Source: Clostridiales bacterium
GTDB lineage: Bacteria; Bacillota; Clostridia; Oscillospirales; CAG-272
Direction of reading: 5' to 3'
NCBI GenBank assembly: GCA_016282315.1
Contig: JAEEKG010000108.1
Coordinates: 5,535 to 69,534 of the forward strand
DNA: 64,000 nucleotides
The notes below the pieces were generated by a model that made no database searches, had not been told where the DNA came from, and saw nothing but the letters and a program-made list of their open reading frames with translations. This document shows positions 44,673 to 53,029 of the stretch, in pieces. Position 1 is the first letter of the stretch. Every line of letters starts with the position of its first letter. The position numbers and the translations under genes were made by a program.

Positions 44673-46001
44673 TTAATCAACTTGTACATCGGATAAAGAG
44701 AACAACTTGATCTGGTATTTTCCGTCATAGAAATCTACAACTCCCCTTACATCAATTGTTTTGTCCTCGAAATATTCTTCAGTAACAAGTTCGCCGTCAA
44801 CATACAGAGGAATTGTTCTCACATCGATTGTCTGACCGTCCTTTTCACAAGTGAGGGTCATTGAGCCGTATGATGAACTATCTTCGTTTGTTGTAGTGTA
44901 AATCTTTTTAACAACCAAATCATGCATTTCAACGGTTGTGCTCATTGCAAGAGAGGCATAAGAAAACTCTTTTGTCTCCTCTTCTGTGACAATTGAAACT
45001 TTTCCGTTGTTAAACATGTCGGGATCTGTCAGAACATACGAGCCTGTGTGTCCTGAGCTTATCAACTGGAGATTGTCCGGATCATCAGGTTTCATTATTC
45101 TGTATTGGAGTCCGGAAACCTGGTAAGTGCCTCCGGCTTCATAATACTGAACAGTTCCTACGATTCTTGCTTCGTTTCCGACCTTGATTATTTCAATGCC
45201 TTCGCCAGCAAGATTAAATCCGTAATAAACGGACATACCATAATACATGTCTGTTTCAGCGTCATATGACTCAACGTAAACAGTATTTGAATAGTTTTTA
45301 GTCACAACAGCATTGAATGCAACTTTTTTGCCAACATAATCTTCAATGTTTGTCCTAATTTCTTTCAGGTCAACTTCATATGCCGATCCATAGAAGAAAT
45401 CCGGATCTTTTTTGCCTGAATAAACATTGAGTTTTTGTTCTTTTGCATAGCTGATTGCAGCAATACATGTGGTGCCGTAACGGTTATTGCCTGAGTTTGA
45501 TGCAATTGCAAGACCATTTTGAAGAATCTCTATATTAAGATTTCTGTACTCACTGTCCTCAGTTGGTTTATACCAAACCCAAACAAGGTATCTGCCGCCT
45601 GTTGAATCCAGATTCCATTGACTGTCATCTGATTCAACCATAATTGAGACTGCGGAAGAAAGTTTTTCTCTTGTAAAAGCAGAAGCTTTCTTTCCGTATT
45701 CTTCTATTTTACCTGTCGACTCAGGTGTGTTGACAGCAAGGTATCTTGCTTTCAGAGTGTTGGCAGGCATTCCGAGAGACTCCGGTACATTAAAATGTGT
45801 CGTGTCTCCGTCTACGTATGTTTTAACGGTTACTTCAATCTTATTTGTACTTGCAGATTTGTCCAATTTAACTGAGGCTGAAAAATCTGTAGTTTTTGGT
45901 TGATCATTGCCTTCACTTTTGCCGCAGCCGGCAAAGCAGACTGCGAGCAAAATGATTGCAATAAGCGATGAAAGTAACCTGATTGTGGTTTTTTTCGTCA
46001 T
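44673..46001 (-). CDS. Lipoprotein staphylococcal-nuclease (SNase/thermonuclease) homologue with C-terminal OB-like domains
   Basis: Lipobox FAGC. VDGDTTHFNV, KARYLAVNTPES, EYGKKASAFTREKL, GGRYLVWVWY, NIEILQNGLA and AKEQKLNVYS align block by block with S. aureus nuclease. Confidence 0.85.
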   Translation of the reverse strand: MTKKTTIRLLSSLIAIILLAVCFAGCGKSEGNDQPKTTDFSASVKLDKSASTNKIEVTVKTYVDGDTTHFNVPESLGMPANTLKARYLAVNTPESTGKIEEYGKKASAFTREKLSSAVSIMVESDDSQWNLDSTGGRYLVWVWYKPTEDSEYRNLNIEILQNGLAIASNSGNNRYGTTCIAAISYAKEQKLNVYSGKKDPDFFYGSAYEVDLKEIRTNIEDYVGKKVAFNAVVTKNYSNTVYVESYDAETDMYYGMSVYYGFNLAGEGIEIIKVGNEARIVGTVQYYEAGGTYQVSGLQYRIMKPDDPDNLQLISSGHTGSYVLTDPDMFNNGKVSIVTEEETKEFSYASLAMSTTVEMHDLVVKKIYTTTNEDSSSYGSMTLTCEKDGQTIDVRTIPLYVDGELVTEEYFEDKTIDVRGVVDFYDGKYQIKLFSLSDVQVD

Positions 46002-46010
46002 AATAATTGA

Positions 46011-47429
46011 TTAATATTCGCACTCAGCGATAGCGTCATCAAATGCCTTCTTAATGAATGCATCTACGTCTCCGCCGTCATCACCTGTAAGGCACTTAAC
46101 GAGAAGTGCACCAACCTGGTCACGAGCTTTTGATGAGCCGTTGAAAGCAGGAGATGTGTAATAAGCATCTTGCTGTTCAAGACAAACCTTAGCTGAAAGA
46201 GCTGATACATAAGCACCGCCGTTAGCTCTGCCTATGAATGCTGCGTAAGTCGGGTTGTTGGCAACAGATTTCAAAACAGGAACATATCCTGAAGCTGTTG
46301 AGAATTCAGCCTGGAATTCAACACAAGTTGTAAGATACTTAACAAAGAGCCAAGAAGCGATAACTTCCTGAGGATTCTTCTTGTTGAAGATACAAACACT
46401 AGGTCCCTGAGAAATAACTTTTCTGTTGGAATTGCTTGACTGAGGGATTGTAGCGATGCCTACTTCGAATAAGTAGTTGCCTTCAGCGTCAGCAGCAGGT
46501 CTTTGGTGAGTTGCACCTGCAGAAGAACCGATTGACATATAGCTTCTTGTGCCTGTTTCAGCTGTGAAGAGGCCTGATGTATATGCGCCGTAAATCTTCT
46601 GAGTTGTCAGATAACCCTTCTGATACCATGATCTGAACTGTTTGATGAAGTTTCTGTTTGTCTCATTGTTGAAGAGATAGTGATTTCCTGTTGCGCTTGT
46701 GTAATCAGATTTGAGCTGTTCACACATTGTGATGAACCAGTTTGATTCACTGTCGTATCCGAGAGGAATGCTCTCAGGATCGATAGCCTTGATCTGTGCG
46801 CAAACTTGTTCAAGCTCATCCCAAGTTGTAGGAACCTTCAGGTTGTGCTCATCAAAGAATGTCTTGTTGTAGTACAGAACTTCTGTGGATTTTGAGAACG
46901 GCATTGTGTACATAAGGTTGTCGCCGAATTCTCTTCCTTCATTGTAGTAACCTGCAATGAAGTCGTTTTTCTGTTCGTCTGTAAGACCGAGAATTTCTGC
47001 TGTGTCATCTGCTCTTGTAACTGTGATCTTGCTGTCAATGAGGTTGTCAAGTGCTACAACTGCTCCTGCAAGGTTATACATAGCTACGTGGTCCGGATAA
47101 CAATAAGCGATGTTAGGCTGGTTTCCGACTGAGATTTCAGTGCTTATCTGATCTCTGACATCGTCGTAGCCACCTACCTGAGTCCACTCAACTTTGATCT
47201 TCGGATACAATTTATTGAATTCTACAATGTATGCATCCAAAACAGTGCTGAGGTTCTGACCCATTGTGTGATAGAAAGTAATTGTTACTTCGCTTCCGTC
47301 GTAACCGCCTTCGGGTACTTCGAACAAAGCTGCGGATTTTTTACCGCTTGATGTGGTGCATGAAGGAAGTAATGTCAAAACAACCAACATGCATATAGCC
47401 ATGAGTAAGGCCAAAATTCTTCTTTTCAT
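46011..47429 (-). CDS. ABC transporter extracellular solute-binding lipoprotein (family 1 / CUT1-type)
   Basis: Lipobox LLPSC. 472 aa, of the size and pattern of family-1 SBPs. RBS GGGAGAG. Confidence 0.75.
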   Translation of the reverse strand: MKRRILALLMAICMLVVLTLLPSCTTSSGKKSAALFEVPEGGYDGSEVTITFYHTMGQNLSTVLDAYIVEFNKLYPKIKVEWTQVGGYDDVRDQISTEISVGNQPNIAYCYPDHVAMYNLAGAVVALDNLIDSKITVTRADDTAEILGLTDEQKNDFIAGYYNEGREFGDNLMYTMPFSKSTEVLYYNKTFFDEHNLKVPTTWDELEQVCAQIKAIDPESIPLGYDSESNWFITMCEQLKSDYTSATGNHYLFNNETNRNFIKQFRSWYQKGYLTTQKIYGAYTSGLFTAETGTRSYMSIGSSAGATHQRPAADAEGNYLFEVGIATIPQSSNSNRKVISQGPSVCIFNKKNPQEVIASWLFVKYLTTCVEFQAEFSTASGYVPVLKSVANNPTYAAFIGRANGGAYVSALSAKVCLEQQDAYYTSPAFNGSSKARDQVGALLVKCLTGDDGGDVDAFIKKAFDDAIAECEY

Positions 47430-47497
47430 GATTCTCTCCCTAAATCAAAAATTTTACTCCAAAAATATATAATAAAGTTTGTGCCTCCAACAAACAT

Positions 47498-48391
47498 TTA
47501 TCCTTTTATACCGCTCCTGCTTACGCCCTTCATGATGTACTTTCTCAAGAAGACAAATACAATGAACAAAGGTGCTGATACAAGAGCAACTGCAGCCATC
47601 TGAATCGGGTAATTGACATCGCCCGTAGTTTCAGTGAATGCGTTTCTGAGTCCGTTTGTTATAAGTCTGTGCGCTTCGTCGTTTGCCACAAGTCTCGGCC
47701 AGATGTATGAGTTCCAAGCGCCTGCCATCTTGAGTATCGTAATGGATATCAAAGTGGGCAATGCCAAAGGAATCATTACTTTCCACAAATACTTCAGATC
47801 GCTTGTACCATCGACTTTTGCAGCCAGATACAATTCGTTAGGAATCTGCAAAAAGTTCTGTCTTAACAAATAGATGTAGAAGACACTGACTAGGAATGGA
47901 ACGATAAGAACTGTATATGTGTTCATCCATCCAAGATTTGTTACTGTGCCGTAGTTTGTGATTGTGAACAATTCACCGGGAATCATCATTGTTGCAAGAA
48001 GTCCTGCAAACAATATGTTTTTGCCCTTGAACTCAAGTCGAGCAAAAGCAAACGCTGAGATGACTGTGATTACAAGTGACAAAATTGTTGATACAACACC
48101 GACAAGCACAGTGTTTATGAACAATCTGCCCAAATTACCTGCTGTAAATGCTTCGGCGTAGTTGCCGAACATAACAACTTTAGGCCAGAATGTAGGAACA
48201 CTCAATCTGTATTCTTCGAGTGTCTTGAGTGATGAAATGATCATCCAATAGAACGGGAACAAAATGATAAGAGCCATTATGGACAGGAAAACATATGTGA
48301 ATATCTTTCCGAACACTCCTCCAACTTTTGAGTTGGATTTGACTTTGCTCATATCCTTTTCGTGCATTATAACTCTGTTAGTTTCAGCCAT
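47498..48391 (-). CDS. ABC transporter permease (CUT1, UgpE/MalG-like)
   Basis: Six TM segments. EAA loop LAAKVDGTSDLKYLWKVMIPLA. Confidence 0.8.
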   Translation of the reverse strand: MAETNRVIMHEKDMSKVKSNSKVGGVFGKIFTYVFLSIMALIILFPFYWMIISSLKTLEEYRLSVPTFWPKVVMFGNYAEAFTAGNLGRLFINTVLVGVVSTILSLVITVISAFAFARLEFKGKNILFAGLLATMMIPGELFTITNYGTVTNLGWMNTYTVLIVPFLVSVFYIYLLRQNFLQIPNELYLAAKVDGTSDLKYLWKVMIPLALPTLISITILKMAGAWNSYIWPRLVANDEAHRLITNGLRNAFTETTGDVNYPIQMAAVALVSAPLFIVFVFLRKYIMKGVSRSGIKG

Positions 48392-48402
48392 ACTGCACCT
48401 CT

Positions 48403-49347
48403 TTAATAATGGACTCTCTTCTTGCTCACTTGGAGGTTAATCAAAGTGACTACAAGAATGATTGCGAACAAGATCAAAGCTGCGGCGCTCGCTCTGCCCT
48501 GATTGTTCGATGACAATGCATCATAGATAAATCCGACCATTGTATTAAGTCTGCCCTTATCATCGGCAGGACCCATGTTCTCGCCGAAAATACCTACGAT
48601 ACTCGTATATTCCTTAAATCCGTTAATGAAGCTTGTGATGACAACATAAGCTATCATTGGGGAAAGGAGCGGAACTGTAATTCTGGTTAGAATTCTGGAT
48701 TTTGATGTTCCGTCTACTTTTGCTGCGTCATAGTACTGCTTATTGATGCTCTGGAGTCCTCCTAAAAGTATGAGGATTTTAAACGGCAGTGCTTTCCATA
48801 CAATATATACAACCATTACGAAAATGTTTGCTGCATATGTTGAGCCTACGTTAATCCAGTTTACATGTGATCCGCCAAAGAACTCTATGACGTTGTTAAT
48901 AATTCCGGCAGTGACAATTAGTTCGTTTTCACTGCCCAAAAAGCTTCCTACGATGTTAAACATTGCGGCAAATACCATGCCTATAGCAATTGAGTTTGTA
49001 ACATATGGAAGGAAGAATATGGTCTGCAAAACTTTCTGCAATCCCTTAATTGAGTTCAATGCAACTGAGATGAGCAGCGCAAGAACTGTTGAAACAGGTA
49101 CCGTGAGCACACAGAGAAGAGCCGTTGTCTTAAGACAGTTAAGGAATCTCTGATATTGGATAACCTTCAAGAAGTTTCCAATGCCGAAATTAAACACGGC
49201 ACCGCCTTTCTCCATAAGTCCGCTGTAGTCTTCCAAAAAGGCCATTCTCAATGTATTGACAATAGGCCAAACTGTAAAGACCAACAGAAGAACAAGCGCA
49301 GGAGCAAGGTAAAGCCAGGCTTTCCAGCTGTTCTTTGAGTCTACCAT
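48403..49347 (-). CDS. ABC transporter permease (CUT1, UgpA/MalF-like)
   Basis: EAA loop DAAKVDGTSKSRILTRITVPLL. Its start overlaps the ATPase stop by 1 nt (TAATG). Confidence 0.8.
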   Translation of the reverse strand: MVDSKNSWKAWLYLAPALVLLLVFTVWPIVNTLRMAFLEDYSGLMEKGGAVFNFGIGNFLKVIQYQRFLNCLKTTALLCVLTVPVSTVLALLISVALNSIKGLQKVLQTIFFLPYVTNSIAIGMVFAAMFNIVGSFLGSENELIVTAGIINNVIEFFGGSHVNWINVGSTYAANIFVMVVYIVWKALPFKILILLGGLQSINKQYYDAAKVDGTSKSRILTRITVPLLSPMIAYVVITSFINGFKEYTSIVGIFGENMGPADDKGRLNTMVGFIYDALSSNNQGRASAAALILFAIILVVTLINLQVSKKRVHY

Positions 49348-50540
49348 TAGCTATTTTCCTCCTGAGTACTCTCTTCGGATGATTTGCTGTTTACGCTTTC
49401 TTTTTCTTGAACATATTGTGTCAAGTGATATGGGAGTTTGTCTCCTTCAAGGAATATTCTCTCTTCTGTTTCCTTGTCAAATACAAACATCTTGGTTTTC
49501 TTGATATTGTACTTAATTGTCTGGGCATCTACGTCAATTGGGCTTTCTGAGTCAACTATTGAACGAACGATTGGGTTAGCTGATTCAGGATGATTAGATA
49601 CGATGCTTACGTCTCTTCCCATTACTTCCCTTGATTCAAGGTTACATGTGAGCTTGCCGTTCGGATCAACAATGAATCCTTCAGGTCTGATGCCTACATA
49701 TACTTCTTTATCGCTTACGTCTTTAGCATCAGCAATAACTTCTTCGCCTATGTAAAGTTTTCCGCTTCTTATGTGACCGTTGAATACGTTGATAGGAGGT
49801 GTGCCGAGGAATTTTGAAACAAACAGGTTGACCGGGTTGTCGTAAACTTCCTGAGGTTCACCAACTTGCTGAATTACACCGAGCTTCATAACAACTATCA
49901 TGTCGGAAATGCTCATTGCTTCTTCCTGGTCATGTGTTACGAAGATTGTAGTAATTCCTGTTTCTCTTTGAATTCTGCGGATTTCTTCTCTTGTCTGAAG
50001 TCTCAGACGCGCATCGAGGTTAGAAAGCGGCTCATCCAAAAGCAAAACTCTTGGCATTTTAACAAGTGCTCTTGCGATAGCAACTCTCTGCTGCTGACCG
50101 CCTGACATCTCGCTTGGTTTTCTGTCGAGGTACTGCTCGAGCTGAACGAGTTTAGATACTTCATCAACACGGTCAAGCATCTGTTCTTTTGACAGCTTGT
50201 CCACACCTTTAAGGTTCTGAAGCGGGAACAGAATGTTTTGCTTTACTGTCATGTGAGGATAGAGGGCGTAGTTTTGGAAAACAAGACCAATTCCTCTCTT
50301 TTCAGGCGGCAGTTCAGTAACATCATCTTCTCCGAAGAATATCTTTCCGGATGTTGGTTTCTGAAGACCGCTTATCATGTAAAGAGTTGTACTCTTTCCA
50401 CAACCTGAAGGTCCCAACAATCCTATGAGCTTGCCGTCCGGAACTGTAAATGTGAAGTCATTTACTGCCACGACCATCTCATTGGACTTTTTGTTTCTAC
50501 TCGGGAATATTTTTGTAATATTCTGTAGTTCTACTTTCAT
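49347..50540 (-). CDS. ABC transporter ATP-binding protein (MalK/UgpC/MsmX-like) with acidic Ser/Glu tail
   Basis: Walker A GPSGCGKST, signature LSGGQQQR, Walker B LLLDEP. C-terminal regulatory-type domain. Confidence 0.85.
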   Translation of the reverse strand: MKVELQNITKIFPSRNKKSNEMVVAVNDFTFTVPDGKLIGLLGPSGCGKSTTLYMISGLQKPTSGKIFFGEDDVTELPPEKRGIGLVFQNYALYPHMTVKQNILFPLQNLKGVDKLSKEQMLDRVDEVSKLVQLEQYLDRKPSEMSGGQQQRVAIARALVKMPRVLLLDEPLSNLDARLRLQTREEIRRIQRETGITTIFVTHDQEEAMSISDMIVVMKLGVIQQVGEPQEVYDNPVNLFVSKFLGTPPINVFNGHIRSGKLYIGEEVIADAKDVSDKEVYVGIRPEGFIVDPNGKLTCNLESREVMGRDVSIVSNHPESANPIVRSIVDSESPIDVDAQTIKYNIKKTKMFVFDKETEERIFLEGDKLPYHLTQYVQEKESVNSKSSEESTQEENS

Positions 50541-50561
50541 ATTAAACTCTCTCCCAATTGG

Positions 50562-51320
50562 TTAAATATATTTTTCCCTCTCAGCTTCTTCAGCTGCTTT
50601 TTTCTTTACAAAATCAATCATGTCCTGCTGCGTGTCAAACATCCTTGTTGATGCCATGTCTACAACCAAAGTGTTTGCCATTAAGTCGTGCAGCAGCTGT
50701 CCCTTTTTAACAATGTATAATACGACTTCTATTACAACTATGAGACTCAATACAATTATTCCGACAATTCCTATCGTGTTGAAGTAGATCATAATGATTA
50801 ATAGCACCGGAATCATTATTTCAATTGTATACTTGCCCAAAATGCTCCGTATAAATAAGGAAACCGAAGATATCTTTACTGCATCCGTTGTGCACAAGCA
50901 CAGACCGAATACCTTCTTACCGACTGTTTGTCCATTCTTCAGTATAAGAGGAATGACAAACTCAGTAACAATTACCGCTATCAGTATCCCTATACTCGTA
51001 ATGAGTATTGTAAGCATAATGACGAGGTTAAATGTTTTTGTTACATCTTTATCTTCTACCAGCGCTTCATACGCTTCATCGTAATTGGCTTTTTCTTCAT
51101 CACTTAATGCGTTGTAATCATCCAGGGATATATCAAACTTAACGGCGTAAGTATCTTCGTAATAAGTATAGTATTTTTGAAGTTGCTCAGACTTTTCATT
51201 GTATCCGGTTATCGTCGAGACAAGAAAAGCAGCTCCTGCTGCGATAATACTCAGAATAATGAAATCTAGCAAAAAGGCGGATATTCGTTTCCACACACTT
51301 GCTTTAGTTATGCCTAACAT
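50562..51320 (-). CDS. RDD-family membrane protein
   Basis: RISAFLLDFIILSII start and 3-4 TM segments. First gene of the operon. RBS AGGGGGGGA. Confidence 0.6.
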   Translation of the reverse strand: MLGITKASVWKRISAFLLDFIILSIIAAGAAFLVSTITGYNEKSEQLQKYYTYYEDTYAVKFDISLDDYNALSDEEKANYDEAYEALVEDKDVTKTFNLVIMLTILITSIGILIAVIVTEFVIPLILKNGQTVGKKVFGLCLCTTDAVKISSVSLFIRSILGKYTIEIMIPVLLIIMIYFNTIGIVGIIVLSLIVVIEVVLYIVKKGQLLHDLMANTLVVDMASTRMFDTQQDMIDFVKKKAAEEAEREKYI

Positions 51321-51351
51321 AATATCCCCCCCTATATATATTTATATGCAT

Positions 51352-51380
51352 ATTGTACATACTGACTAAATATTTGTCTA
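51352..51380 (-). promoter_or_regulatory. Promoter of the eight-gene ABC/nuclease operon
   Basis: Minus strand TAGACA (51380-75), 17-nt spacer, TACAAT (51357-52). Confidence 0.55.
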
Positions 51381-51655
51381 TGAAAAATTTATTCAAATAT
51401 ATTTTTTGTAAGAGTTGTACAAAAATTCAAAAATATTTTCTCACGAATAACGAAAAATTTCTGTTGACATCTCCCAATTTCTGCTCTACATTTTGCTGTT
51501 TTTGCTTCATGGATTAATGTTCAAAATATTTCACATCAGTTGGCAGCTATCATCCGAGCCATGAGATTGTTTATTTGTGCCATCTCTTGATTTCAGATGG
51601 ATTGATCAATAGATAATTCAGCTTCACATTTTTTTGCGATTATATTCGCATGTTG

Positions 51656-51684
51656 TTGACTAAGCGTTGTAATTGTGGTAATAT
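51656..51684 (+). promoter_or_regulatory. Promoter of the ATPase gene
   Basis: TTGACT, 17-nt spacer, TAATAT. Confidence 0.65.
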
Positions 51685-51707
51685 TTCATCGAAACGGAGG
51701 AGTGAGC

Positions 51708-52973
51708 ATGTTAATTGACAGATCGTTTTACACAGATAGAATAATGAGTTGCATTGACAATGGTTCAGTAAAAATTCTGACCGGAGTTAGACGGGTAGGC
51801 AAGACAAGTTTACTTAAACTTGTAATCGAAAAGCTCCAAAGAGAAAGAGGCATATCTGAAGACAATATAATCTTCATCTCTTTTGATTACAACGGTAATG
51901 AAGATTTGTCATATTCACAGGTTTATTCAGACATCTGTGAAATGATGGTCAAAAACGAGAAGAATTACGTTTTTCTAGATGAAGTGCAAAGCATAAGTTC
52001 CTGGAAGACGTTACTGCTTAAGCTGCACCAAACAGACAACTGTGAAATATTCGCTGCTTGTTCAGGCTTTAATGCTTCATCCATTGAAATGCCAACTAGA
52101 CTTCCATTCGCTCACACTATTATTCATGTCTATCCTTTGTCATACAGCGAATATAAAACTTTCACACAGAGAGAAGAAGATGTATATGGCTATTTAAAGC
52201 ATGGCGGGTTCCCTTCTCTTTACTCTGGTAACCTGGATGACGATGAAGAATTGAATGTTATTAAAGATATCTCCTCCTCATGCATATATCTGGACATTGT
52301 CAAAAGGCATCAGATACGAAAAGCAGATCAACTTGATAAAGTCTTCAATTACCTTCTCAAAAACGTAGGCATTCCCGCTTCAGCGTATTCTGTTTCGTGC
52401 TCACTCAAATTCGGAGGCAAAAAACCGGACAATGAGACTGTTGGAGGGTATCTAGATAAACTAACCGATTCTTCCCTGGTTTACAGATGTCCAAGATTTG
52501 ATATGACCAATTATGAAATCCTGAAGACCCAGGAAAAGTATTACCCTGTAGATCTGGGACTGAAAAAGACGGTCACTTATGAGACTGAGTCGACAAAAAC
52601 GGAACTAGAATGTGCTGTTTACACTGAGCTTCTGAGAAGAGGATATACTGTATATGTAGGTAAATATCCGGATGGAGAAATTAAGTTTGTTGCTAAAACA
52701 AAAGACAGTACAACATACATTCAATGTTCAGATAATCTCACAGACACAGACCTTGAACTCCTAAAGAGAATTCCCGACAAATCCGCAAACAGATTTGCTA
52801 TCACGCTCAGTGAAAACCAGACCGGTGTCATAGACAATATTCCAATCATTTCTGCAGAAAAGTTCCTGTCTCAATCAGAATTTGTCATGACTGAAAACGT
52901 TGTAGAATCAAGTCTAAATACATTCACTGAAACACCCGGTGAAGAAGAATTCATACCGATTCACTTGCTGTAA
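51708..52973 (+). CDS. COG1373-type AAA ATPase (AAA_14 + DUF4143 with C-terminal restriction-endonuclease-like fold)
   Basis: Walker A GVRRVGKTS and Walker B YVFLDEVQ. C-terminal ECAVYTELLRRGYTVYVG...GEIKFVA...TYIQCS. ATG at 51708 after GGAGG. Confidence 0.7.
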   Translation: MLIDRSFYTDRIMSCIDNGSVKILTGVRRVGKTSLLKLVIEKLQRERGISEDNIIFISFDYNGNEDLSYSQVYSDICEMMVKNEKNYVFLDEVQSISSWKTLLLKLHQTDNCEIFAACSGFNASSIEMPTRLPFAHTIIHVYPLSYSEYKTFTQREEDVYGYLKHGGFPSLYSGNLDDDEELNVIKDISSSCIYLDIVKRHQIRKADQLDKVFNYLLKNVGIPASAYSVSCSLKFGGKKPDNETVGGYLDKLTDSSLVYRCPRFDMTNYEILKTQEKYYPVDLGLKKTVTYETESTKTELECAVYTELLRRGYTVYVGKYPDGEIKFVAKTKDSTTYIQCSDNLTDTDLELLKRIPDKSANRFAITLSENQTGVIDNIPIISAEKFLSQSEFVMTENVVESSLNTFTETPGEEEFIPIHLL

Positions 52974-52985
52974 AAATATATGAAA

Positions 52986-53021
52986 AGAGAGGCTCAATTA
53001 AGCCTCTCTCATTTTTATTTT
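52986..53021. terminator. Bidirectional terminator
   Basis: agagaggct / agcctctct stem followed by CATTTTTATTTT. Confidence 0.7.
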
Positions 53022-53029
53022 GCTATGTC

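Noticed and set aside
47430-47497. 68-nt gap before the SBP gene considered as an internal promoter or terminator splitting the ABC/nuclease operon
   Set aside because: There is only a 6-bp stem (gtttgt/acaaac) and no convincing -35/-10 pair. The gap is more likely an mRNA-stabilising or processing site. The operon call is retained but needs transcript data.
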